This document shows, piece by piece, positions 38,363 through 52,490 of a DNA stretch of 64,000 bases. The notes beneath the pieces are model-generated. The model did not search any database. It saw nothing but the letters and a program-made list of their open reading frames with translations, and was not told the origin of the DNA. The DNA is from Rhynchobatus australiae (Eukaryota): NCBI GenBank assembly GCA_034780895.1, contig JAUZTB010000107.1:81850746-81914745 (forward strand), given 5' to 3'. Positions within the stretch are counted from its first letter, which is position 1. Each line of letters opens with the position of its first letter. The position numbers and the translations under genes are program-made.

Positions 38363-38471
38363 GTGGTAGATAATTAAGCAGTTACTAAGAGGAGGAGGAT
38401 CCAAAATCACCCCCACCTTCAATGTTGGCAGAGCCATTTATAAGTGCCAGGCCAAGGCACGATCTTTTTTT

Positions 38472-38762
38472 TAAGATATCTTTATTAGTCACAGGCACAT
38501 TGTAATGTGCAGTGAAATGCATCTTTTGCATAGATGCTGGGGGCAGCCCACAAGTGTCACCATGTTTCCGGCGCCAACATGGCATGGCCCACAATTTCCT
38601 AGCCCTTACATCTTTGGAACGTGGGAGGAAACTGGAGCACCCGAAAGAAACCCACGCAGACACAGGGAGAACGTACAAACTCCTTACAGACAATGGTTGG
38701 AATGGAACCCGGGTTGCTGGCACTATAATAGTGTTATGCTAACCGCTACACTACCGTGTCTG
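38472..38762 (-). mobile_element. V-SINE with L2-like tail
   Basis: Colinear with the 27863-28153 copy. Confidence 0.88.
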
Positions 38763-41700
38763 CCCACACTCCAAGAGGATGACTCCTCTGTCTCCCCTTG
38801 AAGTCTTCATCATCATAGATACCAGTATTCAACCAATTTGCTTTACTTCATGCGCCATTGAAAAAAAAGGACTGTGTACATTAGATACAGCAAAGCTCAA
38901 GGAAGCTAGAAACATTAGGCCTGTGACTGCTGAAGGACAGTGCTCCAGGGCTAGCTGCACCCCAAGTTAAGCAGTGCCTAGATACAACTAACTTCTCCTC
39001 ACCAATGCGGAAAGTGGCTCAAGTATGTTTAAAAAAAAGTAGAACCAGTCCAAGACAGTCATATCCCAAACTTCCTTCAGTTTATTAGAACACTTCAGTG
39101 ATGTCACAGAAAGAGTCATTAAAGTGACCAAACAGCACTTAATAAAACACAGAATAATTTGCTCAGCAATGTTTTGCTGACATTTCACCAGAAGCATTTG
39201 GGTGCAGACTTCATGTTTGCCTGGTCCAAACATGGATGTAAGGATTGAATTTCAGAGGCAAGTTGGAATTGAATGCCCTAAACATCAAGGCAATGTATGC
39301 CAAGTGTAGTATCAGGGTGCCCCAGTGAAACTGAAGTCATTGGGAACAGGGTGTGGGGAGCTCTCCATTGCTGAAGGCAAAACTGGCACAAAGGAAGGTG
39401 ACTGTAGATGTTGGCATTACCCACCTATGACAATCTTTCCTTTTTACCTGAAAGTAAGGTACATGTCTATGAGCATGAAGTTTAATTATTGGTTGTATCA
39501 CGTGGTCAATTATTATAACATTGCATTTACCATACTCTAAGTTCTATTGAACATTGACTGCAATAAATAGTCATGCTCCCCTTGATTCTCCAGGCCCGAG
39601 TGAGTTGTATAATACTCCACTGTACAGTGCAAATAGAATGCAAATATACTACAAATGGCATTTGGGTTCATCTGTGGTTTGATTTTGTGCAGATGGAAGC
39701 TTTCTTGACTTTCTTTTATGTTCTTCTTAAAGCACTTTAATGAATGCTGTAATTAATTCAGCATCTATCACTGATTTTTGGTCAGGCATTTCACATTTCA
39801 ATAACCCTGCAAAATATAAATTTTCTAATCTCTTCTGTTTCTTGTCCTCATCCTGAGATCATAACCTGGCTTCAATTTACCTACCAATCTAAAAAAAATC
39901 CTGAAATTTATGTGAGTCATAATCCAATCTTGAATTTTAATGCCCTCTGTACTCCACTCCCTTCCCCTCTCTTTAAACTTTATTTCTGGTTTGTGCTTTC
40001 CCCAAGGGACCAGGAAACCACAACATCAGGATTCCGCATAAAAGGTTCCATATCCCAGTGGTTCCTAGGGTTCGGGCTTCAGCTCACAAACAGTACATAT
40101 TAGGCAGCCCTGGTTTAAAATGATTACAAAATTTAATCAAGACAGCATTCTTTCTGTCTAAAATTGGTTGTCACACCAATTATCCTTGGGTAAAATGAAT
40201 TAATAAGGACTGAGTGCAGATTAAATATTCTTGATGAATAGCTTAAATAAATGGAACAAAAGTTGTTTTAATCAGAGTTATGCTTCAACTAAGTATAAAA
40301 ACATTGTCCTGACAATTCCTAATGTGAGTCATGCTGCTTGAAGTCTTGCATAATACAAATACTAGTGTAATTAGGCAATTTGGAACTAGCTGAATTGGAC
40401 TTCCGGCTGAGTGCCACCCAATGCTTAAAATTTTAGCTGAAAACTCATATTAGCCTTGGCTTGTGAACTTGAAGTACAATAAGCCTAGATATTGGATTGC
40501 ACCTATTTCTGGTGTGATCCTGTTCATTTGTTTAGCACTTGCACGTAATCACGTTCCACCTCAAGAAAATCCTGAAGCTTGCAACAACATTAGGATGTTT
40601 TACACCCAGAAATGTTAAAACAGGGCCTGTGTGGTTTTAACAGGACCACATTCAATTCAGTGCAGCTGTTGACTCGTTGCTGTGCAGCAAACAGACCAGG
40701 GTGCCAGTCCTTAAATGCATGCACCCAAGGCAGTACAAAACAGCAACACACATGTTGGCCAACGTGGAGGAGAGAATGACTCCAGGGGAGAGAAGGGGAA
40801 AGATCCCAGATCTCCACGAGGGTCATTGTAATGTACAAAGTGAGCAACACTACCTGGACAATCAACTGATGCCAAAAATAAATTATAATCCTGCAAGATA
40901 AGGTGATCTTAATATGGTAAATACAGACATACTCTCCCTTACTCCAACTGTTAATCATACAACTCTTTACTCAATCTGCAACCCTTCCTCTCCCATACAA
41001 TGCTCATCCCAATCCACCATTGACATTCTGCCCCTTCCATTCCCCAGTCAGATTTCAACGGTCCCAAGGTCAGGTAAGGAAACAATCACTTAATGTCCAT
41101 CGATTTTCTCCATGTAAGGCATGCATCAAGTATTAGGAAGCAGGCAGCCAGAACAAAAAGGAGCCCCTCTTAAGTCCACTGTCTTACTAACTGGAGAGAC
41201 CATCCTTCTCCTCAGAGGCACTTGTGCCACAGAAATGCAAATGACCTCATGAGCAGATGCAGTTTGATATCTGCCATGTATTCTGGAAAGAACCATTGGT
41301 TAACTGTGCAGCTTTGTACTGCACACTCATGACTTCTGTGCTGTGGAGAAGGATGGAATGTGTTGGCAGTCAGGTGTAGCTACATCAGATCTGCTTCATT
41401 ACTGGACTCTGCACTGAGTCCAGGGCAGAGCTTGGTTATGCTGAGCTGAGGAACTATGTGCTCCTCATCTCTGGGCCCTTAGCTGTATGTCAGCCATAGC
41501 TGGTGTATCCAATGCACTCACATGAATGTGGTCACCAACTGGGATGGAAAGGAAAGTGGTTTGGTATTCTCTTTATATTGATCAATATTAATGTTTTAAG
41601 TATTTTATATCAGTGAAATTTTTTTCATAAATGATTTGGTAATTTTTAAATTGTTTTAATAACTGCTAAAATTATTTGAATGTGTTTCAGTTGTTTTTAA

Positions 41701-44700
41701 ATGTTGGGAACAATCGAAAAGCAGGAGCTGTCAACAGACCATCAGGGGTGGTCCAGGGTTGAGTCTCAAGCAAGACCAGCTGAGCTAGGTGCTGCTCAAA
41801 GACCACTTGCTTCCTGGGGTGGCTGTGGCAGTAATACCTGCAACTCAGTTGGACACATCAGGCTGTGGAAGGATAATTTAGCAATAGGGATTGTGCAANN
41901 NNNAACAGGAGGCATATTTTTTGCCAAACACAATCAAGCCCAGTGTTTCGTTGTGATTACAGCATTCCCTTTGAAATAATCTGTGGTAAATATCTTCATT
42001 AATATGTGTTAATTACAAAGGTGTTTGGAGTGCACCTTATCAGGTAAAGCACCTTGTTTTGCCTTTGCCAGATGCAAGGAAAGTTTCACTAATTTCACAA
42101 TCATCAGAACAGCATGAATTGGACAAGGAGCATTGGGAGAGATGGAGAAGCACAAAAGGAGAATGATTGGGCAGGAGGAGATGATGATGATGATACTCAC
42201 AGTGTGTTATTATGCCTGAGTCCTCATAGTACCACCTCAGAGACCTGTATATTTTGAGAGATGAGCAAAATTCCTTACACCTTGTTCCACTACTGCCTGG
42301 TGTATCTCCCCATGACACACTTCAAAACTGTTTTGCTCATCTCTCAAAGTACTGGTCTTCTGAGACTGCTTTGAACTCAATATATGACACCATGGATAGT
42401 GCAATCAATTATGTCATTGGATGTGATCATGGGAAAAGATCAGGTACGCCAACTTGGATCTTGACCACAAGTGGTGCATTTCCCCTGGAAATCATCATTA
42501 ATGCAATTTACTCAGAGTAAAATTGATGGTGGATTGGATGATACTTCAGCATCACATGATTCAATTTTTAAGATAAATTACCCAAGTGTCGTAGGCATTT
42601 TTAAACTGGCTGGTGAAACAATCATGAAAGTGGATTTAAAGTTAAGTTATTTGGTTGAATAAAAAGGAAGAATTATAGAAGACAAGTTCTCTCACTATTA
42701 TAAAGTATGACTAGAAATCTATTAATCTGCAGAAGATATCACAACCTTTGACATTGTCCTTCACCATGGAGGTCAGTGACTGTTAAGTTATTTCATCCAA
42801 GAAGTTCTTTGGTGAAATAAGTTACAACTGCATCAGAAAGTTGTGCCATAGTGAACATTGAAAATTGGATCCAGAACTAGTCTGGATATTTATAGTGAAG
42901 TTCGTAATAAAGGAGGGTTCAGTCAATCTTCCCTTACTCTGCCTTATTGAGTTCATGACTGTTTTCAATAGCGATTTTCTTGTGGAGCTGTTTTCTGATG
43001 CAATTGAAGACAATGTAGTTGGAGTTATTCACTTGTACAAGTGGAACCTGAAATACCAGATCTTTATTAGACAATCAGTAGAGATAATTAGGATATTTTT
43101 TCAATGAGTAAGTTATTCTTAACTGGATCCTGTGGTATAAAGGAAGAGAGGAAATAATATTTCTTGTCTCAATGGTCTCTTTCATTATATCTTGCAAATT
43201 TGTGAACAATTGGTGACTTAGAGAGTGATCATACATGATTCATTACTGGTTATGTCATAATGGAAATACATTTCCAACTTACAAGTATAAAGCTTGTTTC
43301 TATTAATTAAGTCCTGAGAAGGTCTCTTGCAGATTAAAGGTATTTAAATGGTTACAGTTGCTGCAGTGACGAACAGGTTATGCATAAATGTATACAGAGA
43401 TTGCAATTGCATTGTAATAAAAGCACAATGTCTTATCTTCCATCTGAAGCACTTCCCTATTTCCCTGTTTTAATTCTGTTGCAAAAGCTAAAGCAAAGAG
43501 AAGAGTTCAGTGTTTCTTGTGAGTGGGATCTTACCATGCATACATTTCAAAAAGCATTTAGCTAAAAGGGGTTATTCTGCTTCTCATCAGAACACAAATC
43601 CAGGTGCCTCCAAGCCTATCAATATCTCTTCTGCATTTTTCTTCCCAAATCTCTTGAAAATGACAGAGGAAAAGAACTACAATTACAGAACCCTATTTGA
43701 TTTTTAAGTTGCCTCTGGTACAGAGAACATTGGATGAACAATTGCTTCATGAACTAAGGATGTGAGGCATTCCTTGGGTGCAGAAAATCTGTGATTGGTA
43801 TCTATCATACAAAAGTGTTTGACTATTTTACTAAATGGAAAGAACTGTAAAACAGATTGAATTAAAATGATTATGTTAAAGGGTTAAAGTCTAGCTTGCC
43901 TCTAAAGACTAAAATAATTGTAATTAAACAATTGGACCTCCCGATTTCTTACAGATGGGACAATAGTGGCAGTTGTTATCTCAAGTCAAATCCTTCAGTA
44001 AATATCCACACCAGGGTTGCTGAGATGACTCTATTTGGGAGGGTCAGTTGCCTAGGCAGCATGTTGAGAATCTGCTCTTTCTGAGCAGGCTATTGGACTT
44101 GATTNNNNNNNNNNAGTTCTGATTAACAAGCCTGGAGTAGGGGCAGTGAACAGGAACCAAGCCCCACTTACTGTGCTTGGAAAAATAAAATGCATTGGCA
44201 GTCTCTTTATCAAAGAATGTGCCATTTGGTTTTTTTTTAACACTGAGCTTGAAACTGAAGTAAAGCGGTTCAGTTCTTTGCATCTGGAGAGTGGCCAGAA
44301 AAGCAAAAACAACAAACCTTCTACCCTGTCATTCAAAAGTAGTTTTATGTCATGGAAGTGTTTTTACAAATCCTGGAAATACTATCTTGCTCTATCCTAA
44401 TAAGTAAGCCAGCTTCTTGATTTTACATTGACCTTATTTCACCTAGGTATGTATCAGTTCTGCTACTGGATGATTGTAGAAAGGCATGCGTGAAGGATAT
44501 GGAGTGGGACCTTGTTAAATTCCCTAGGTTACTCTATCTTATAAGTAAACATTATGGAGCATGAGGTAACTCCAGAGCACAGGAGAAATAGGATCTACAT
44601 ATGGCAGAGACGATTGACATTAAATTCATTGTGGATCTGAAACTGTACCTTTGTTCAATTTCATGATTACTTTTTAACAAATGGGGTTTTAGATGCATGC

Positions 44701-46791
44701 AGAATTCTGTCACCACATTTAAGGGCGAATATAAGCTACCAAGAAATTCACACAAGTGACCAAATGGCAATTTTTGCTTAAATTTCTTGTATGCTTTTGT
44801 TGTATTCTTACGCACATAGATTTTTCTAAGCTCACTGGATCAGCTGCCAACTCACTCTCCAGACCCCAAGGATGTCATCATGGATATTAAGAGGGCAGCA
44901 GACAAATCACTAACTGGCAGTAGATCAGAAGGGTTCTTTTGATCACAATTGACATTAATGCTCCTCCTTGCAGATGACTGCAAGCCGTTGACCCATCTTC
45001 CTAATGTTCCCCCTGGCTTTGCGATGCAGCAAATCAGGATCTACCTTTGCAGCAGGGCTCAATTGTGCCATAACTGTAACTACACTGCAATCTTGCCTGA
45101 AAGCAGTCCTACCCTTTACTTTAACAGAATGCTGAGTAGCTGTTAGGTTTTTGACCACTTTTTGTGATTTCGGTTGCTGATGAAATCATTGACCATCTTG
45201 AGTTATTCAATCCTTGCTGTGGGCAGTAATTGAGATCCAGTCTCAGCTTCAGGGACATCAATATCCTTATGTCTCCACCATTTTAGAAGCAGTAATAGTT
45301 TAAAAAAATGTTCTACGTTCTTTAAGAAAAGCACTTCACAGAATTCTCATAAACCCATTGGTTCTCAGCATTATTTAGAACTGCCAATGATTTGACTTGT
45401 ATTGCTGCACTTATAAAAGTTTGATTCCCTCCACAATTACTTTTGTTTAATCATCACCGAACAAAGTATTTAGAAATAAAAGATGGTATTAAGTTAATTT
45501 CATGAAGATAAATACCAGTGCTTTGTTATTTTTTTATGAATTGTGGATTCCTACCATCAGCAAATGCTCTTCTTAAGTCAGAAATGCATTTAAAAGAAAA
45601 TCAAATTTGGAAATGTTGATAGTGGCATCAAAATTCTTCAGCTACATGTGACATGCAATGTTCAAGCAATAATGGCATGAATAATCGCATAATTTGAAAG
45701 AATGTTTCTGAGCATGAACTTGTTTGAGTGTGACCCAGATGAAGTTGGCTTTTAATGAGATTCTACACCACTTTCATACATGTTGTGTCCAAAGCTTGTG
45801 TATAACAAAGAATATTGATTTATTTATAGACTAACTGGGTACTTGAGCAATGGGTACTGTACAATGCTGTTTTAGTTCTTGGATAAGAATTTAAGATTTG
45901 TCAGAGGTATGCAAGTTTTGGCATTTGCCATCAATTGTAAACCGAGCTTCAGCTTCTTTGTATCAATATCTTCATCGTAATTGAATTGATGAATCTAACC
46001 TGACGTACTGTGAATGAAATTGCATTAGGATGTGATGAAAATGATTGTATTTACTCAGTAATTTACAGCTTATGTTTGTGTTCTTTTATCTGTTGCCCGT
46101 AGTTATTTCATTTTGAAAGGTTATCTCCAAGCGCTTTACTAAGAGAAGAAAATGAGCAGGAGTAGGAAAGAAAAAACCTGGCAGTTGTTTTGCGAGAAAG
46201 AATGGGACAGTTATTTTAAGATTATGAAGGATTAGGGAAATGAACTAAAAGAGCAGTTGAAGGGTAGAGGCTGGATTCTGTGACAAAGCTGCAGCCAAGC
46301 AAAGTGGCAATGATTGGGTAATCCCCCACGTCAATTAGACTTTGTGACACTGTGATAACTGCCTGAGATTAATAACTATCCTTCACTCTTAGTATTTTTC
46401 TGGATAAATTGTTCTGCTTTTACTGAGAGGATTTGCTATCGTTAGTCTGAAGAGAAAATAAGCTTTGGACAGTAGGAGGTAAGTTGAAATGAATTTGCAA
46501 ACTCTTTGAGTTTGGAAGGCCAGCTGTGGAAATGGGTGGGAAAGAGAAGTAAAGGAGACCAGACTGGTCTTAAGAGGACTGAATTTGATAGGAGCAGGTG
46601 CNNNNNNNNNNNNNNNNNNNNNNNNNNNNNNNNNNNNNNNNNNNNNNNNNNNNNNNNNNNNNNNNNNNNNNNNNNNNNNNNNNNNNNNNNNNNNNNNNNN
46701 NTAAAGGAGACCAGACTGGTCTTAAGAGGACTGAATTTGATAGGAGCAGGTGCAACATTGGGGCAGGAATGTGATGCTAGGCACACACAGG

Positions 46792-46893
46792 AGTCCTGAT
46801 GAAGGGTCTCGGCCCAAAACGTCAAATGTTTATTTTCCTCCAGAGATGTTTCCTGACCTGCGGAGTTCCTCCAGCATTTTGTGTGTATTGCTG
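46792..46893 (+). mobile_element. Penelope-type terminal fragment with the best-preserved hammerhead motif
   Basis: agtcCTGATGA(46796-46802)agggtctcggcccAAAAcgTC(46822-46823)aaatg followed by the terminal repeat. Confidence 0.75.
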
Positions 46894-47214
46894 CAGGTGG
46901 TAACAGGCATCACCCTTCCAAGTTTTCTGCTTTCTCTGGTACAATGCAGTATGACGTTAAGCATGTTCACAGAAGAAATGTGATGTCATTTAATCATACA
47001 CTGGCGACAAAAGAGAATGTCTTTCTGCAATCTGTGCTTGTTGGCTTCGTTGCTGCATCATGTGAGGTTATCAGTGTTGTGGTTTGAAGCAAGAGGTTTG
47101 AGGAGCAACAGAAGCTGATGTGCCCAATCTTTTGCTCCACCAGTATTTACACCCTCCTCCAGAGCTTTCTCCCTTGTCACTGTAGATCACATAGTTAGAA
47201 GCAACTCCTAGCTT

Positions 47215-47750
47215 AGTCCTAAAATAAAGACAAATCGAGGGAATATATTAGCAGGATTGAAGAGTGAGTTAATGAATGTAACAAGAGTTGGATTAAATTA
47301 ATATTTTTTGGAATGGCAACCATGAGGATTAGTGTTTGAATCTGAACTATTGGAAGTCTATACCAGTGATTTGGAGAAGGAGGATAATAACAAAATAAGA
47401 TCCCATTTTTCCATTAATACAAAGCTAGGTGGGAAAGTTAAACTGTAAGACTTGGTAAAGGATATAGCATGGTTTAGTGGGAAAGAAGGTATTAGATGGA
47501 ATGTAATATGGAGAAGTGTGAAATTATTCTCTTCGAGAAGAAAACTAGAAAAATAGTATCTTTTTAAAGTTGGTATTCAGAAGTTAACATGCAGGTACAG
47601 AATTAAGAAAGCAAATTTTATGTTAACTCTGACTACAATATGCTGCAATGTAAGGGTAAGTAAAATTTTCTGCATTTATATAGGACAGGTGTAGTCTCAG
47701 CATACTTGGTGTACAGTTTACAGTTTTGTACTTTGTACATAAAGAAGATA
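47215..47750 (+). mobile_element. Highly decayed CR1
   Basis: atacaaagctaggtgggaaag (TKLGGK), gatggaatgtaatatggagaagtgtgaaatt, aacatgcaggtacag...aagaaagcaaat. Confidence 0.55.
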
Positions 47751-47804
47751 CTTGTTTAAGTATGACTGCAGACTTGAAAGCAAAGATCTACACTGATTCT
47801 TCAG

Positions 47805-48123
47805 TGATGCTCTTTCCTGTCTGAGATGATAAATCAAGGTCCCATCTGTTTTCCCAGGTGAGGGCAGTAATCCAGCAATAATCCCCTGACTATACAATGC
47901 AAGAATATTCAACAGTAATTCCTTTTGAAGAACTGAAGTTAATCTTGGGGCCCTAGCCATTCTTTTTCCCTCAAAAATTATTACGAAAATGTTGTTGTTG
48001 TCCATAACTTGATTGCTGCATTTGGCATAGTTCAACAGTTACTATACCTACTGCTCCATTCACCCTAAGGCACAGTAGGATGTCATGAAAGGAATACACT
48101 TTGTCAGTACAAGTCTTTCTTTT
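47805..48123 (+). mobile_element. Degenerate Deu-domain SINE (AmnSINE1/SacSINE1-like)
   Basis: gatgctctttc..gagatgataaatcaaggtcccatctgttttcccaggtg and tail caacagttactatac...tcatgaaagg...caagtctttcttt resemble the DeuSINE core and tail as recalled; no alignment run. Confidence 0.45.
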
Positions 48124-48713
48124 GTTCTAAAATCCAGACATGCCAAACTCCTTGCAGCATATATTGATGGTGGAATAATGACCAATGCTTTTAAGTGTAC
48201 AAGAATTGCGTTGAAATTAACGCTTCTCTCTCTGGTTGGACAGCACACAGTTCATTTGTCAACTGTGTAGGTGTGCACTACAAAGTCTTGAATAGACTTC
48301 GTAATGCTAATATAATACCCTGGGGAACAAGATAGTGTCCCACCCCTTCCTTGACGATGTAATGCTGCATATCAGTTTTTGACTCCACTCTTTGTAATTG
48401 TTCAGCATAATGTTCTATGGTTTAAGTTGTCATGAAGATTTGTGGCATTTGGGTCTTACTGTAACTAATTATTTATAGATGATTTTGATGTCTCGGGTTG
48501 TTATCTATACAGACAATGCCCTAAGGCTAATGAAAAGAATACATCTTGTTTTTATTAAGACTTGCAAAGTAGCTCAATGTCTTTAAATAACATTCATACT
48601 CTTCTTTTAGCTAAAGGTTAACAAAGGATTAAACCTCTGGGGATTTTCATATGCTTGTTTTTAAATATCACTGAAACATGAAAACCATTGTGAAATACAG
48701 GCCTAATTTTTCA

Positions 48714-48910
48714 TAGAATCAATCGTAGTGATTCAACGTAGAAGGAGTCTCTTTGTCCCATTGTGCCTGTGGTGGTTCTTTGAAAGAGCCATTTAAATTG
48801 TCCACTCTACAGCTTTTCCTTTCCCTCCCCTAGCACGGGAAATTTTACTCATTCAAGTATTTATCCAGTTCCCTTTTAAAGTAGTAATTGGCTCTGCTTT
48901 CACCATCTAT
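48714..48910 (-). mobile_element. CR1-type 3' end
   Basis: catagaatc tail, ttcaagtatttatccagttcccttttaaa...tctgctttcaccat. Confidence 0.55.
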
Positions 48911-50097
48911 CCATTCTGATTCCCTTGCCTATCACAAGCCTATCTAGAACAATCAACAGAAGCCAAAGATGGGTTTTCACTGGGAAGCTCTTGCGCAGGA
49001 CAATTCTGTAAAAGGCCATAGCAGAGGTAGACGTGTTGGGACTATGATAGGTCACTTTGGATCTGTAGCATGTATTTTATGAGGAGAGAAATTGGGGAAA
49101 ATTCTACTTCACACCACATGTTTTATTCAAACATATGTAAAGAAATTGCACATGTGTACATCTTCTTTCCTTTCTCTCTCCTTTTCTATCATAGTGGTGA
49201 TCTGTGACAGGCGTACACAATGAATCACTCTTCCCCAGCAAAACTTATTTCATGACCGCGTGGTCTATTCATTCATCCAACGTTCACACAGGCACACTTC
49301 TGAAAGAACGAGACTAAACAATAATACTGAGAGGCCAGTCTGACTTGCTCTCCTTCCCCTCCTCTCTGGGATTCCTGTGGCAATTTTAAATTCCCACTCT
49401 TGCTGTTTGAGAGATAGACAAACTTACCAGAAATCATTACTGCACTATACTGTCCATTTACTCGCTAACTCTCTTGGGCTTTGCAGAGAGCAAAAGAGAT
49501 GGAACGCCCTGAAAATCATACATTGAAAACATCCCATCAGAAAAATTCACCATGTTTTAAAATCTAGAATATGGCTCCAGCTGACTAATTTAGTAAAACA
49601 AAATTTACTAACGTGACAAATCCCTCCTCATAAGTAACATTTTGGTTTGAAGATATCTTTTTGACTAGCATTGCTTGGAAAAGATACTCAGCCTGAAATT
49701 CTTCAGGGCTAATTATTATAACTCCAGTGATTCTGATGAAAAATTCTTTGAAAATTTAAGGTGAATACAAATTGAAAGTCTTGTCTGATGAAGGGTCTTC
49801 TGGCTAACGGCTGAATTTCCTTTTTGTAAAGTGCAAAATTCCAACCATCAATTCCCCCTGATTTCTGACCACACTTGCCTTGGGCTGTTTGGGGTTGGAG
49901 GTGCCAAATGAAATTCTGTTAAAAATCACAACCTAGGATGCTCCTGAAGCAGGGTGCTTTTTCCCTTGCTGGAAGGGGGGACTATCAGAGAACCCTGCAG
50001 CAGTTATGGTAATCTTGAAACTTCATGGCCTCACCACCCATCTTACTTCCATCTGTTTCTCATCATCGCTCCATTGCTCTTTTAACTTTGTATCCAT

Positions 50098-50176
50098 TTC
50101 AGAATCAGAATCAGGTTTATTACCACTGACACGTGTCATGAAATTTGTCGTTTTGCGGCAGCAGTACAGCGCAAGC
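50098..50176 (-). mobile_element. LINE 3' end with (TCTGAT)n tail
   Basis: tcagaatcagaatcaggtttatt, i.e. AATAAA plus a short tandem tail on the minus strand, typical of L2/Rex1-type 3' ends. Confidence 0.55.
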
Positions 50177-51820
50177 CACAAAAATTGGAAGTTTGTAATA
50201 ATCAATGACTTAACATCACGGAAATTTTACAAATAATGATAATAGGAATATGGGGCAAAAGACAAATGGCTAGAAATTGGATTGCGTAGCACCACTTTCT
50301 AAGCACTAGACGATTTAAAAAATAAACAAGAATGAAGATTTGGTGACTGGTTGTGAGTTTCATGAAATCCATGATGCTTCACCATGATCCTCCATGTGTT
50401 TGATGTACTGGTACATGCATGAACCTGTTCCTGCTTGTTGGTATCCAGTGGTGTGCAACATCCAACCTGGCTGCCATTTGCTGGGATTTTCATCCATTCA
50501 TGCACCAAGTGTGGGGCACTTGTGCTGAAGCAAGCCTTCAGAGGTTTATTTCAGCATTAGTTAAAGGAGACCCAAATAAACGAATCCCAATTATGAGCAA
50601 CAATGCTGTAAATCTACCTTGGGTTGGTTGTAATGTAGCTTTAAGCACAGGGTATCACTGCCTTCTTTGTCCCTGTATGTTGTTCATGTTTTACTCCTAT
50701 TGGGCAGCAGAATCATGTGCTTACTTTTCAACAATGTATCAATTACGCAGACATACAGTCTGCAGCAGGATTATATATGTATTTTGTATCTCCATGAAAT
50801 CATGAAAGCATTACGTTGGGTTCCTTGGAAGGATATAATATAAATATCTGACTCTCTCTTGGGGAATCCCCACCCCAGTAGCAATTTTCACTTCCTTTCC
50901 AATTTCACAACTGCTGACCAGTCAACTCATACCCTACTTTTCTGCCAGTCTCTCTAGCTACCCCTGAATGAGCCAATTCTTGACACCTGATTTCTTTTGC
51001 AGCCTCCGCGATCCCCCGATGTAAGACATGTTCAGTAATGCACAGCGCCTTTGGGCTCATGTGCTAATGAAATTCCCAGTGACAGGTCCTGGAGCAAACT
51101 TTCTTTGGTCTACTGTGAACCCTAATGGTTTATTGCATCATTTCAGTTTTTAGGCACAAAGGGTATTTGGCAATCAGCAAATATCTTCCAGAAAATAGAT
51201 GCATACAACAGATGGAGGGATTTCTATATCTACAGCCCTGTAGACATTACTAACATTTTACCACCTTCAACAGACTGGTCAAGGTGACTGAAGATACAAG
51301 AACCCTAGCAGAGTCTTAAGACTTGTGTTAGAACTGTGATTCACTTCCATTCTGTCCAGGATCACAATGTAGACAAAGGAATGAATATGGCCATTTTCAG
51401 ACAAAATAAGAACACATTTACCTTCTCACGTACATCACCACTCCTACTATTCCAGTGTTCCAAATCACACTTTCTCAACTGTTTGACCATAAGAACTACA
51501 GATTTTCTATTCTTGTACACGAAAGCATGTGCACAAGCGAATATGTACAGTCATTTTGGTGAAAAGGCATAATAAATGAGTCTAAATCTTGACATTCCTT
51601 GTGAAAGGGACTCACTTGTATAACCAGATGAAGGAATGGTTGGAATTGGCTACCACACGAAGGATGAAGAGCACACAGTAGACTGAGAAGTTGGAGGGCA
51701 GCAATCAGGTTCCTCTTGGTAACTGGATGGAAGGTTTACACAACATCCTCAGCTTCTGTTAAGTGAAAGGTTTATTTATATCACACACCTTGAGTTGTAA
51801 AATGTGAAACAAGTGTTACA

Positions 51821-51953
51821 GGATTCTGATGCAGGATCTTGACCTGAAGCGTCGACTATCTCTTTACCTCTACAGATGCTGCCTGACCCCTGAGTTCCTC
51901 CAGCAGTTTGTTTTTGCTTCAGATCCAAGCATCTGCAGTTTTTTTGTGTTTCC
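51821..51953 (+). mobile_element. Penelope-type terminal fragment with hammerhead-like motif
   Basis: ttCTGATGCaggatcttgacctGAAGcgTCgact...agatgctgcctgacccctgagttcctccagc. Confidence 0.7.
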
Positions 51954-52374
51954 ATGAAACACATGTTTATGCTTTGACTTGCGCAGTGCATTCAGCAAGA
52001 TTAACAGGAAAGCATAGGTCTGTAATTGCAGTAAAATTGAAACGGGCCATGTCAAGACACTAAATATCACACTGTTTACATAAAATTATCAATAGCTTGG
52101 CAGCAAACAAATTAACTGGGCATATGTTTGAATAATCAATTAAAATCTCTAAACTAAAGTCAAATATCTGAAGAATATTTTTATAGAAAGTGTCATATTT
52201 TAACATGAAAAGAATGCTATTCAGATGCAATTCTTGATTTTGGCTATAATTATTCTGAATGTCTTCAAGAACAGGTGCAAAGCCCATCTGAGATGGTGGA
52301 AAAAAATATAAGCCCAGTGAGTCTATTAACATATCCCATGAAAGTTCTGTTATTTTAGCCACATGAATGATAGA

Positions 52375-52490
52375 AAACTGGAGGGCTCTGTGGGAGAGAA
52401 GGGTTAGAGATCTTAGAGCAGGATAAAATGCTGGCACAACAGTGTGGGCTGAAGGGCCTGTATTGTGCTGTAGTGTTCTATGTGCTGTGT
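52375..52490 (+). mobile_element. CR1 3' end
   Basis: ggcacaacagtgtgggctgaagggcctgtattgtgctgtagtgttctatg. Confidence 0.65.

Noticed and set aside
46549-46753. Exact ~52-bp direct repeat on both sides of a 100-N gap
   Set aside because: Typical unmerged contig overlap rather than a real LTR or TSD; the same pattern occurs at 54658-54876 and 2041-2160.
49730-49800. Two CTGATGA boxes
   Set aside because: The first has only a 2-bp stem I; the second (ctgatgaagggtct) lacks the rest of the motif. At most a tiny Penelope scrap.
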